64,000 nt of DNA from Planctomycetota bacterium (GCA_028280785.1 JANQLF010000122.1:23627-87626), one strand, 5' to 3'. Counted from the first letter of the stretch, positions 10,341-19,785 are shown. Notes: generated from the sequence alone by a model not told the origin. Translations and numbers: made by a program.

Positions 10341-10571
10341 GTGTTAGGTAAGATGGCGATCATTGGGTATATATTTGTAACAACCTTTATTGGCATAGCA
10401 GTTTTATGTATAGGCATTGAAGAAGAGAGCTCTTCAAGTATTGCTTGGGGTGTTGGACTAATTATTGGGGCACTTGCATTGTGGTTTATTATGGCATTAA
10501 AGCTACGAAACGACAATAAGCGTAGTTTATTGATTTGCCTTTTGCTTTCCTTGATACCGTGGGATATTTGA
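10341..10571 (+). CDS. small hypothetical membrane protein
   Basis: 76 aa, two hydrophobic helices; weak call. Confidence 0.3.
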   Translation: MLGKMAIIGYIFVTTFIGIAVLCIGIEEESSSSIAWGVGLIIGALALWFIMALKLRNDNKRSLLICLLLSLIPWDI

Positions 10572-10599
10572 AAAATTAAATTGTAGTGCACGGTGGTGA

Positions 10600-11133
10600 G
10601 TGAGAACGTCAGTGAATATTATAGATTACAACCAGCCTGATATATTCTCGGTTGAAACAATTCAAAGAGAATACATTCAACTGTGCAAGCAATATGGGAT
10701 AAAAGAACCCCTGCCACTTGAGCCAGAAATTTGGGAGGAAGGTGATCGAAGGTGGATTTATTCTATCTGGGATGAAGTGATAAAGGGTATTGAATCAGAT
10801 GATCTAGCTTGCATTGATCTAAGTCTTAAGTGTTTGGAATATATGAAACCGATTCCCTTTGGTAGAATAACACGAAGCCGTATCGCAAGAAGTCTCAAAC
10901 GAGCCAATCTGAATATGGCGCAAAAGTCAAGAATAAGAAAGTTATGTAAAATAAAGTTAGATTCAGGTCGATTGGGAACGGAATTTAAAGATTATAGCCG
11001 ATTATTAGTTAAAGTTGGTTTTGCTGATATGGTTTTAGATTTTACTGATATCGATAAGGATGATCCTGACTATGTCGTTAAATATAAGAAATATTTTCAA
11101 TTGAAGTATGAAGAAACTAATTGTGTTGAGTGA
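10600..11133 (+). CDS. hypothetical protein
   Basis: 177 aa ORF, no recognisable motif; 4 bp from next ORF. Confidence 0.45.
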   Translation: MRTSVNIIDYNQPDIFSVETIQREYIQLCKQYGIKEPLPLEPEIWEEGDRRWIYSIWDEVIKGIESDDLACIDLSLKCLEYMKPIPFGRITRSRIARSLKRANLNMAQKSRIRKLCKIKLDSGRLGTEFKDYSRLLVKVGFADMVLDFTDIDKDDPDYVVKYKKYFQLKYEETNCVE

Positions 11134-11136
11134 CAT

Positions 11137-11637
11137 ATGATAGACCCAGAATTAATGAATAAAATCAATGCACATGTCGGAATTGTACATGTCCACATAC
11201 TTGAAACCTCTAGTGTTTTATTGGTTGAGATAGTAGATGAGGTGGCTTATGTCATTGGAGCAAGTGATTATAGTTATGAGGATGAGGATAATTTAAAGTT
11301 TATACTGAACATAGAACGTATCAAAGTTGACATTGTCGATAAACAAGATTTAGAATTTTACAGGTCGTTTGCACTGAGTCGTGATTCTGACGGCTTCTAT
11401 GAGCATGTAATTCAATGCGAAAAGAAATTTAAATTTAAATGTCCAAATGACTGGTATGCAATGGACGAAACAAATAACGCAAGAATCCGTCATTGCCAGG
11501 AATGCGATAAGGACGTGTATTTCTGTGTGGATGCCGCCGAAATTCTTAAGGCTAAAACAGAAGGTCTGTGTGTTGGCTTTGTCGAGAAGGATGAAGAAGG
11601 TAGTGATATAACTTTAGGGTTGTTGCAACCGGACTAA
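11137..11637 (+). CDS. hypothetical protein with C-terminal Cys/His cluster
   Basis: 166 aa; CPNDW...HCQEC...FC arrangement suggests zinc binding. Confidence 0.45.
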   Translation: MIDPELMNKINAHVGIVHVHILETSSVLLVEIVDEVAYVIGASDYSYEDEDNLKFILNIERIKVDIVDKQDLEFYRSFALSRDSDGFYEHVIQCEKKFKFKCPNDWYAMDETNNARIRHCQECDKDVYFCVDAAEILKAKTEGLCVGFVEKDEEGSDITLGLLQPD

Positions 11638-11673
11638 TTCAGCTGCATCACTGACATAAAAATCAACACTATT

Positions 11674-11955
11674 TTGGAACAGTTGACTACGATCTCAGCA
11701 AAGTATCACTGCTATCGAAAGTCTGATGAAGCAATGAAGATACGTCCACCATCCCTCGGCATGTTTGCTGCCCTGACCTGCATTTTCGCCCTGATCTCGA
11801 TCACTGGCGTCATGCTCTACTTCACCACTGGTAGTGTCGAAGGTCTTTATATTGGCGGCGGAGCCTCCGCCTTCATCTTCATAGGTAGCTTTTTCGCCAT
11901 ATTCCTATCCTTCATGCTGCTTGCTAAGGGCATCATCAAGAAGGGCAAATCTTAA
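11674..11955 (+). CDS. small membrane protein
   Basis: 93 aa, two TM helices. Confidence 0.35.
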   Translation: MEQLTTISAKYHCYRKSDEAMKIRPPSLGMFAALTCIFALISITGVMLYFTTGSVEGLYIGGGASAFIFIGSFFAIFLSFMLLAKGIIKKGKS

Positions 11956-12043
11956 AGAAAACGCCCTTAAGCCCCTTGACTGGCACCACTTACAAATAGA
12001 TACTGGACAAAGCCAAACACGGCACAACATGTGCCGCCCCGAT

Positions 12044-12120
12044 GCGGGTGTAGCTCAGTTGGCTAGAGCGACAGCTTGCCATGCTGTAGGTCGTGAGTTC
12101 GAGTCTCATCACCCGCTCCA
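12044..12120 (+). tRNA. tRNA-Gly (anticodon GCC) with encoded CCA
   Basis: 77 nt cloverleaf folded by hand: acceptor stem GCGGGTG/CACCCGC, D-arm GCTC/GAGC, anticodon stem ACAGC/GCTGT with loop TTGCCAT, T-arm GTGAG/CTCAT with loop TTCGAGT, discriminator T, CCA. Confidence 0.85.
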
Positions 12121-12122
12121 AA
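12075..12122 (+). repeat. attL: 48 bp direct repeat (anticodon loop to 3' end of tRNA-Gly)
   Basis: Exact 48 bp match to 30178-30225. Confidence 0.85.
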
Positions 12123-12124
12123 CG

Positions 12125-12158
12125 AAAACCCCGTGAGGTATTAACCTTGCGGGGTTTT
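12125..12158 (+). terminator. rho-independent terminator after tRNA-Gly
   Basis: CCCCGTGAGG-loop-CCTTGCGGGG hairpin followed by TTTT. Confidence 0.6.
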
Positions 12159-12237
12159 CTCTTGCTTTAAATTATGGGCCTAAGAAACGTCAGTTGAAAC
12201 GCTGTTGAAAGGTAATTCACTTTAGGGCATCAAGCGA

Positions 12238-12789
12238 ATGGTCACACGCGATACACTCAACGAAAACAAACAAAACAGATACTTGGGAAAACAGCATACC
12301 ATATCGGATAATTTTCTGGTCACTCAAGAACACGATGACTACACATGCTGGGCAGCCTGCATTGCTATGGCAACAATTTGGCACAACGACCCGAAGACTA
12401 TAGATTCAATAGTTGAAGAATTGATGCCCGGTGTGGATAAGAAGTCACCCAAAGCCGCTGTAAATAATTTGGATTTCACATTCGCAACACAAGAAATTAA
12501 ATGCCCTAACAACACCACCTTAACATTTACTCCAATATTAAATACAACCCCAAGCATCGAAGAAATAAAAAAGGGAATTATAAATGGGCCCTACCTGCTT
12601 TGGCTGAAGAGTCAGGATCATACCTCAAATATGGGCCACATTGTATTGGGAGTCGGGGTTTGGCATGTACCAGAGACAGACAGTATACTTGCGTGGTCTG
12701 TTTTAGACCCTAACAATAATTACAATATCCTCGTCAAAAAGCCTGGAATTAATGACATCCACCAGATAAGACAAATAGTCAGGATATAA
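12238..12789 (+). CDS. papain-fold cysteine peptidase, C39-like
   Basis: 183 aa; CWAACIAMA resembles the C39 catalytic Cys block (CGAACLAM); downstream GHIVLGVG resembles the C39 His block; stop is 1 nt before TIR gene start. Confidence 0.5.
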   Translation: MVTRDTLNENKQNRYLGKQHTISDNFLVTQEHDDYTCWAACIAMATIWHNDPKTIDSIVEELMPGVDKKSPKAAVNNLDFTFATQEIKCPNNTTLTFTPILNTTPSIEEIKKGIINGPYLLWLKSQDHTSNMGHIVLGVGVWHVPETDSILAWSVLDPNNNYNILVKKPGINDIHQIRQIVRI

Positions 12790-12790
12790 A

Positions 12791-13390
12791 ATGACCGTAT
12801 TCCTAAGCCATAACAGTAAAGATAAACCAACTGTTAGATCAGTTGCCACACAACTACAGCTAATGAAAATAAACGTGTGGCTTGATGAATGGAATCTACA
12901 ACCTGGCGACATGTTAACGATGAGCATATCGGATGCATTGGATAACTGCGATACAATTTTAGTATTCTGGTCAGAGAGCGCCGCCCAAAGTAATTGGGTC
13001 AATGCCGAAATAAATTCTGCCATTACACAATCCATAACGCATGGAAAAAAAGTGATACCTATTATTCTAGACTCAACTCCGCTACCGGCCCTTCTATCTG
13101 GAATAGTTTATATTAACGGAACGAACCTAAATACACTCCCAATGAACTGTATATCTGCAATAACAGGTATTACGAAAAGAAGTGACCAACTAATGGCCAT
13201 GCAGGATGAATTGGCAAATATCGGCGATTTACATTACAATCCACTCATAGGTAATTTTTTTGTCTGCCCCAACTGCGGCGGAAATGCTAGCGACCTTCAC
13301 TCATCTAGCGCACTCGACGAAGAGCACGATAGAATGTATGGCATCGTTAAATGTAGTAATTGCGGTTATCAAGAAGTCAGCGAAATATAA
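12791..13390 (+). CDS. TIR domain protein with C-terminal zinc ribbon
   Basis: 199 aa. TIR hallmarks are FLSHNSKDK (betaA), VWLD, and SNWVNAEINSAI with Trp-x3-Glu spacing like the catalytic Glu of NADase TIRs. C-terminal CPNCGG...CSNCGY zinc ribbon. Confidence 0.7.
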   Translation: MTVFLSHNSKDKPTVRSVATQLQLMKINVWLDEWNLQPGDMLTMSISDALDNCDTILVFWSESAAQSNWVNAEINSAITQSITHGKKVIPIILDSTPLPALLSGIVYINGTNLNTLPMNCISAITGITKRSDQLMAMQDELANIGDLHYNPLIGNFFVCPNCGGNASDLHSSSALDEEHDRMYGIVKCSNCGYQEVSEI

Positions 13391-13488
13391 TATTACAAGA
13401 GAACATATCACACGTGTATTTTCTCTTGCTAACTGTGTAAATTGTTGGCCTGCGCCGTCCACTAAAATGAACGCTTCATGGGACAGCG

Positions 13489-13800
13489 ATGACAATTACT
13501 ACCGACATTACATTTCGTGAAATAAGTGAAGATGAGTGGGAAATTTTCACAGGCGCACAATCATGGAACGATGAAGAACCTTTAATATCAGAAGGTCATC
13601 TAAATGACCATACGCCTTATTTCATGCTGCTAGATCGCAACGGTGGTTGTATTTTATTATATGACTCACAGGACCAACAGGGATGCCTGCAACTAAATCT
13701 AGAGTTTGCACACCAGGCTGAAGCCAGGGCCTTTATTTATGATAATATTCAAAGGCTCACTCTCGAATGTTTTATCAACGCTGGATTCATGGAGGTTTAA
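13489..13800 (+). CDS. hypothetical acidic protein
   Basis: 103 aa ORF between TIR gene and integrase, overlaps annotated integrase ORF start. Confidence 0.3.
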   Translation: MTITTDITFREISEDEWEIFTGAQSWNDEEPLISEGHLNDHTPYFMLLDRNGGCILLYDSQDQQGCLQLNLEFAHQAEARAFIYDNIQRLTLECFINAGFMEV

Positions 13801-14948
13801 TCATGGGGAAAATAAAAAGCCGCCATGTTCGTTACTGCTCTGTAGTAGACATCCACAAGGCCAAGAAAAAGTCTGGGAAAAAGAACTGGAATATAGGTAA
13901 GAGGTGGCTTGGGCGCGTTCAGATTATTGGCACAAAGAAGTATAGGACCAAAGCGTTTGATGAGGAAGTACAGGCTTGGGAATGGGCAGAGGACTTACTC
14001 GCTAAAATTAAAAGCGGCGCGGACCATGGCAAGAAATGCACAATTTCAGCTATCAAAGATGAATACCTTGCACACCTAAAGGGCATGAACTGCTCGCCCG
14101 GTCATATTAGTCAATGTGAAATGGTTTTAGGTCTTGCCATAAAAAATGGAATAAATGACCTACGACACGACCATATTGCATCTAAAGTTGAAACCTTCAT
14201 CCATAACCTCAAAGCACAAACCAGAAGCAAAGACGGAACGATACGGCGCAGAACAAAGTTAACATTATCTGCACGCACTAAAAATTGTTACCTCAATCAT
14301 TTGCTTGCACTGGTTTCTTTTGCTCACAAGCGCCGATATTTACCGATTGATCCACTCCACGGTATTGTGTCAAAGGTTAAGGGGCCATCAAAAATCAAAC
14401 CGACTTTTACGTTTAAAGAAATCCATCTAATACTTTCTGATCCTAATTACTCAGAGCCTATGATGATACCATTTGCATTTACCATTTATTCGGGCTTGAG
14501 AATTAGTGAGGCTATGCATGTCGAGTGGCAGGATATAGATTGGAAGGAGGGACAGATAAAGATTCGAGTGAAATCTGAATACAGACTCAAGGGTCAAAAA
14601 GAGCGCGTTGTGCTGCTACCCTTGGAATTAGCCAATTTACTACGCCCTATTGCCAAACCGCACGGGTGGATTGTTGATGATCATTTACGGACACATAAAT
14701 CCGTATGGCGGCACTACTTCATTAGACTATTGAAGAATAATGACATCGAACTTGATGGCCGCAGCCCCCATAGTGGAAGGCATACCTGGGCCTGCATATG
14801 TTCCGCTAATGGAATGGATTCTTTTGAACTGAAAACATTGGCTGGCCATGCATCACTCCAAACTACTTGGGGGTACTGTCAGAATGTTAATCATTACAGA
14901 TTTGCAATAAAAGAAAAATCTATGAGTCTGTCATCAAATGTTGGATAA
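13767..14948 (+). CDS. int: tyrosine-type site-specific integrase
   Basis: 393 aa in ORF track (probable real start ATG 13803, MGKIKSRH). C-terminal catalytic R...HSGRHTW...LAGHASLQTTWGY, which is the R-H-x-x-R-Y pattern. Confidence 0.8.
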   Translation: MFYQRWIHGGLIMGKIKSRHVRYCSVVDIHKAKKKSGKKNWNIGKRWLGRVQIIGTKKYRTKAFDEEVQAWEWAEDLLAKIKSGADHGKKCTISAIKDEYLAHLKGMNCSPGHISQCEMVLGLAIKNGINDLRHDHIASKVETFIHNLKAQTRSKDGTIRRRTKLTLSARTKNCYLNHLLALVSFAHKRRYLPIDPLHGIVSKVKGPSKIKPTFTFKEIHLILSDPNYSEPMMIPFAFTIYSGLRISEAMHVEWQDIDWKEGQIKIRVKSEYRLKGQKERVVLLPLELANLLRPIAKPHGWIVDDHLRTHKSVWRHYFIRLLKNNDIELDGRSPHSGRHTWACICSANGMDSFELKTLAGHASLQTTWGYCQNVNHYRFAIKEKSMSLSSNVG

Positions 14949-14955
14949 ATAACAC

Positions 14956-17688
14956 TTAATCAAACTCCATCTTATCGCCATCAGGCTTCGAAGAATATCT
15001 CCAGCCACGTTGCGCAAACGCCTCCTTACCACCCTCTAGCTTAAGAAGAGACTCTCTATTCTCTATATTCTCAATAGCAAATTGTTGCACATTCGTAATG
15101 CCGTTCTCCAGAGAATTTAGAGAAATAACGAGGTCAGCGTCGCCATTTATTACAAAATTAGCATTATGCGTTGCAAATATTATCTGCCTCCGCGATTTTT
15201 GTCGTTTTATTAGGTCAGTCAAATACTCTGCAATTAACGCACTGTCCAGATGTGCCTCCGGCTCATCTATAATCAATGGGTGATTGCCAATACTTAACAA
15301 AATAACTAAAACTGCAGTGCATCTTTGACCAAATGAACAAGTTTCGATTGGTTTGTCTCCATACTCTATATTAACAGATCTGATGCTCTTTATTGAGCAG
15401 AGGCGCTTCATGTACATCAATCTTAAAATTTGAATATTATTTGAGTCTCTCAGGTATTCCTTTAATAAATTAACCGTCTTACCTTCGGGTATTCCATCAA
15501 ATAACGCATCAAATACATCATCATCACTTCCCTCAGCCCATATCTTACCATTTAATTGTTCAATACAGCGCCGCACTTTGTCTGCCCTTAAATTACTCTC
15601 TTCGTACTGTTGGTTCATCAAATCAATCAACTCTGATGCAAGACTCGAATGAGCATAGCCAAAAAGCAAACCGGGCTTAATTACTATTGACTTTACATGG
15701 GGAGACGTCGCTTTTAACAGATCGTTCAAGTCGTCAATTATCGGAATAGAATGCTCCATATAACTCGATAACAATTGATCTGGGGGAGGATTATTATCGA
15801 TATACTCTTTATGTTCCGAAATTTCTTCATTGATATTCGCCAGAGACTGCTTCAGCTCAAGAATATCTTCATTGGCCTTGTTCAAATCAAGTGCATTCTG
15901 GGGCTCCACTCCCTTTTCTGCCAAAAACACTTCTAACTTCTCCCTCTCAGTTGCAATGTCTGCCTCGACACTCAAAGACTTTTTCTGCAAATCTGCAAGG
16001 ATTCGTGTAGTAGGTGATGATTTCCTTATTTCACCATATTGAACTATAACCCCGTCCAACCATTCTTTAGCATCTTCATCTTTTGGTTTTTTAATGCTCT
16101 CTAATGAATGAATTGCCTCAGCTAAAATTGATTCGGCGTTTTCTATGATAGCAATGTCTGACTTATATTCGGACAGCGTTCCTGCGAGCTCACTAATTTT
16201 ATCATTAATCTCCTTATGGGCTGGATCATTCAATGAAGATACAATGCGCTCTAAAGAACCGATTCTTTTTTCTACATTGGCTCTTTCTTTAATTAGACTC
16301 GCGTATTTTCGCATTGAACCCACTAAACTGTCGATCGTATCCCCATTAGCCTCGGCCTCATTGATTATTCCCATCAGCTTATTGCTTGAGTCCAACTGTG
16401 TAATTCTATTGTATATTGCACTCGACAACTCTCGCCCATTAATAGCGTAACCTTCGACCTTATCTTGGGGTAAATATTCCGCTGAATCTGGTGGCGTTCC
16501 ATCATTCAGGCTACAAAAGTCAGACGGCGAGAAAACTTGGCCATTATCATCATGCAAAACACAGCCATCCAAAAAACCAGCTGGTTTTCCCATTCCTGCA
16601 TTAATCAACTGCAACAATGTGCTTTTTCCTGATCCTCGACCTCCAACAACACATGTGTAGGACGGAGAAAATGATATTAATCCTACGCCATTAAAGCAAA
16701 AAGGATAAGTCGATTCTATCTGACCGGCCTTGGACTCAACTGATAATTCAGGGTTAGATAGCGTCAATTTATTTATTACATGTATTGGAGTCTGCGGGGC
16801 ATATTGACCAATGTGCACCCTATACTGAGGTTCATACTTAATCTGCTTTAAACCCTCGAATGTTAATTCAGACTTGATCCAACACTTTCGATCCTTATGT
16901 GGACAAAAAACTTTTTCTAAGTTGTGGGCATCAGAGCCCTTAATGCAGGGCAGCAGCTTTCCGTATCTTTGTTTTATATATTCCTCATCTTTATCCTCGC
17001 TTAAACCCAGGAAATATTCTACATCCTTTGGCCTACCGCTGTCGATGAAATCCACAAAACCATATAAAAAGTCTCTTAATGATTGGAAGGAACCCGCGCT
17101 CAAACCTCCAAGACCATCTTTCGAATTATTGGGAATGCCAAGCAATACATTTTTACGAATTTTTGGATTATCATTAAAAAAATCCATAAGCCTAGTGTAC
17201 GAAACCTTAAACTGACTTATGCCCAGCTCATACGCTTCGTTCTCGCTCAACTCAGAAGAAGAGGCCTGTTGTCCTAGCTTAATTAAATCGTTTCGAGTAC
17301 AAAAATATTCTCCGAATTTCATACTCGGGAAAAATACTCGTTCAAAATCCTCTAAAATATCTGGATTCACCAAAATATGAAAATTAACAGGGTTCCCGTC
17401 TTCCGTCTGAATATCCAGTCGAAGCTCAAGATTGGGTAAATGAAATTCGATATCGTTTGCTCGCCCCTGATCATGAAAATTTTTGAATTTCCTGTAATTA
17501 TCAAAAGAGTAGTAGTCAGTTATTGCAATGGCCTTCACTTCTGGATAGGATTCAATTTTATCCAGATAGGCGCCCCATTTATTACCTGCATCAGATCCAG
17601 CAAACTGATCATTCAGTGCAGTATCTGGGCTGTGTATATGCAAATCCCATCTATTCCAAACAGACCCAATGCAATTTTGCTCACTCAT
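14956..17688 (-). CDS. PHP phosphoesterase fused to SMC/Rad50-like ABC ATPase with coiled-coil (Ppl-like single-gene defence candidate)
   Basis: 910 aa. N-terminal WDLHIHS PHP motif. Walker A GGRGSGKSTLLQL. Approx 300 aa coiled-coil insert. C-terminal signature-like SFGQR, Walker B IIDEPEAHLD and H-loop FATHN. Confidence 0.7.
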   Translation of the reverse strand: MSEQNCIGSVWNRWDLHIHSPDTALNDQFAGSDAGNKWGAYLDKIESYPEVKAIAITDYYSFDNYRKFKNFHDQGRANDIEFHLPNLELRLDIQTEDGNPVNFHILVNPDILEDFERVFFPSMKFGEYFCTRNDLIKLGQQASSSELSENEAYELGISQFKVSYTRLMDFFNDNPKIRKNVLLGIPNNSKDGLGGLSAGSFQSLRDFLYGFVDFIDSGRPKDVEYFLGLSEDKDEEYIKQRYGKLLPCIKGSDAHNLEKVFCPHKDRKCWIKSELTFEGLKQIKYEPQYRVHIGQYAPQTPIHVINKLTLSNPELSVESKAGQIESTYPFCFNGVGLISFSPSYTCVVGGRGSGKSTLLQLINAGMGKPAGFLDGCVLHDDNGQVFSPSDFCSLNDGTPPDSAEYLPQDKVEGYAINGRELSSAIYNRITQLDSSNKLMGIINEAEANGDTIDSLVGSMRKYASLIKERANVEKRIGSLERIVSSLNDPAHKEINDKISELAGTLSEYKSDIAIIENAESILAEAIHSLESIKKPKDEDAKEWLDGVIVQYGEIRKSSPTTRILADLQKKSLSVEADIATEREKLEVFLAEKGVEPQNALDLNKANEDILELKQSLANINEEISEHKEYIDNNPPPDQLLSSYMEHSIPIIDDLNDLLKATSPHVKSIVIKPGLLFGYAHSSLASELIDLMNQQYEESNLRADKVRRCIEQLNGKIWAEGSDDDVFDALFDGIPEGKTVNLLKEYLRDSNNIQILRLMYMKRLCSIKSIRSVNIEYGDKPIETCSFGQRCTAVLVILLSIGNHPLIIDEPEAHLDSALIAEYLTDLIKRQKSRRQIIFATHNANFVINGDADLVISLNSLENGITNVQQFAIENIENRESLLKLEGGKEAFAQRGWRYSSKPDGDKMEFD

Positions 17689-17847
17689 GCCTAACTCGGT
17701 ACACTCCCTGCCTAATAAGCAGGGAGTCTAACACATGCAAATTAAACTTAAAGCCCGTAAGGAACGGCACTTGAAGCTCAACACCTTATGAGAACAAGCT
17801 CCAATTAACACGAGGGTTAACACAAGGACACTGTTTGTGGCCCTTAA

Positions 17848-18213
17848 CTATCTTCGAGCAATTAGTGCTATGATGGCAGCAATGCCTACCACGACCAAGC
17901 CCTTCTTGATCAAATCAGAGGTCTTCGCATCAGATCGAATCTCTACATCGTTTTTTAGGAGATTGGTCCTGGCAGTTTCCGCATCCTTGAACACCTGAGA
18001 AGGCATAACCCCTAGTCCATAACATAGTTTATCTAACAGATCTACGGATACGCTTACATCGCCCTTCTCAGCCCTAGATATCGTTGACTGAGGAATGCCC
18101 GTTTTTTCAGAGAGATCTTTTTGCTCAATACCCTTGGTGGTCCTGTAATGCCTCAATATTGCGCCGACCACTGCTGGGAAGGTGGTGACATTCACCATTT
18201 TTTCATTTGACAT
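17848..18213 (-). CDS. XRE-family HTH transcriptional regulator with C-terminal TM anchor
   Basis: 121 aa; HTH_3 (LSEKTGIPQSTISRAEKGD); C-terminal VVVGIAAIIALIA hydrophobic helix; sits upstream of the PHP-ATPase gene on the same strand. Confidence 0.6.
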   Translation of the reverse strand: MSNEKMVNVTTFPAVVGAILRHYRTTKGIEQKDLSEKTGIPQSTISRAEKGDVSVSVDLLDKLCYGLGVMPSQVFKDAETARTNLLKNDVEIRSDAKTSDLIKKGLVVVGIAAIIALIARR

Positions 18214-18692
18214 ATATGCTTCTCCTGCATATTAGGTTTTCAGCCATACACGCTCAAGGAGCAATTATGCTAGATAATGGCAATTCACCAAGTCCAATAG
18301 ATGACCCGAGGGGCATTCCTGCAGGTACACCAATTTACCTCAATGTGGGGTTTTATAGACATATCGGCATCGTCTCGGATAGGAAAATGCACGGCAAGCC
18401 CATGGTCCTTGAGAAGTCCTTGAAGCGTGGTCGAGCCATGGAAGTCACATGGGATACATTCAGTAATGGTCAACCCATTTATCGATATGACATTCAGTCC
18501 AATACAAATGCCCAAAACGCAATAAGAAACGCGAGATCAAAGCTTGGTGAAACCTGGACACCTTGGAATAACTGCGAGCACTTTGTAAGAGAGTCACTTT
18601 GCGTTGACTCAAGCAGTCCCCAACTACAAACAACTGCGATCTTCACAGGTTTATCCGCGATTCTCTTACTGATATCAATAAAAAGTCGATAA
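18207..18692 (+). CDS. LRAT/PLAAT-like NlpC/P60-fold protein with C-terminal TM anchor
   Basis: 161 aa (real start may be 18267 MLDNG). YRHIGIVSD His block and NCEHFV Cys block characteristic of LRAT/H-rev107 family. C-terminal TAIFTGLSAILLLISI helix. Confidence 0.55.
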   Translation: MTYMLLLHIRFSAIHAQGAIMLDNGNSPSPIDDPRGIPAGTPIYLNVGFYRHIGIVSDRKMHGKPMVLEKSLKRGRAMEVTWDTFSNGQPIYRYDIQSNTNAQNAIRNARSKLGETWTPWNNCEHFVRESLCVDSSSPQLQTTAIFTGLSAILLLISIKSR

Positions 18693-19005
18693 TTAATCTC
18701 ACGCGTGGGAAATATATTTCGCACCAGAGAAGGGGTCAGACAGTGATGCTAAAGAGGAAACTTTTCGCGTCCATAATTGAAAAGTAATATTATATACACC
18801 ATTCCCCTATGCCTCTAACAACATAAATTATGTAAAACAAACATGAATGAGCAGGATAGTTCATGTAGTAAAAACATGGAATAAATTTCCAGAAATATTT
18901 CACCGAGGTCTTTTCATGCTCCAAAAATATTTCTGCCCGTTTATTAGATTCAGAATGTCACGGGAGCGCTCGTCTGGCGTCGGAGATATATCTCTAAACC
19001 AGATA

Positions 19006-19785
19006 TCATCCCTTGTCGCTAATAATGTGCGGGAGCACATGATAGACCCGCTGCCTTGGCATATCAGGCAGCGACATTTTACGTTGATATTTTCCATCTG
19101 AACTCTTTTTAATATACCCATTTTTTGCCAAGACCTTTGCCACAAATCGAGCATCCATGCCCTTGCAAACATGCTGACGCCATGCGTTGGGTAAAAAATA
19201 ATAATGGTTAAGTTGACGTGGTTCATCCTCACCATCAATTAATGTCTGTACTTTATCAATAAATCCAGTTCTGTTGCGAACAGGAAATCCATCTATTGTC
19301 ACCCTGCCATTAAAACGATTAATAACATTCATTTGAGACGGTGCATTATACTCAATATAAGAACGTATTAATTCGATAGCCTGCTGCTCCTCTCGACTAG
19401 TTGTTGAGCCGCGATTTTCAATCCAGGCATTGGCCACCTTAATCACATTTGTTCTTGCAACACCAGATTTCCATCCAGTGATACCCCATTCACTTGCCTT
19501 TTCACCTGCAAATGCAACTTGTGCAAAGCGTTCTAACACGCGAACAATTTGTCCGTCAGAATCCTTTGGCAAAACTTCTTTAAGGAAAATGGCCTTAAAC
19601 TCTTGCCATTCTTCTGGCAGTTCGTCCTGCCAATGCACTGCCTGTGCTATAAACTGTCTACCCGCATAACCAGTGTTTTCCTTGGCCAGCTTTCGAATTT
19701 CATCTGAGAATTGTGCTCCACTTTTAGCCATTATGTAAATCCTCCCACACACCGAGCCCACATCCAGCATCTGCAGGGATATCAA
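19006..19785 (-). CDS. DUF927-family C-terminal segment (possible split gene, probable start approx 19734)
   Basis: 259 aa ORF directly following and overlapping the DUF927 ORF; no independent RBS evident. Confidence 0.4.
   Translation of the reverse strand: MISLQMLDVGSVCGRIYIMAKSGAQFSDEIRKLAKENTGYAGRQFIAQAVHWQDELPEEWQEFKAIFLKEVLPKDSDGQIVRVLERFAQVAFAGEKASEWGITGWKSGVARTNVIKVANAWIENRGSTTSREEQQAIELIRSYIEYNAPSQMNVINRFNGRVTIDGFPVRNRTGFIDKVQTLIDGEDEPRQLNHYYFLPNAWRQHVCKGMDARFVAKVLAKNGYIKKSSDGKYQRKMSLPDMPRQRVYHVLPHIISDKG

Noticed and set aside
11921-12136. 71 aa ORF spanning the tRNA-Gly gene
   Set aside because: Overlaps a well-folded tRNA and its terminator; artefact.
18900-19238. 112 aa minus-strand ORF overlapping the 3' part of the 259 aa DUF927-fragment ORF
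   Set aside because: Different frame within the same DNA; lower coding plausibility than the DUF927-related frame.
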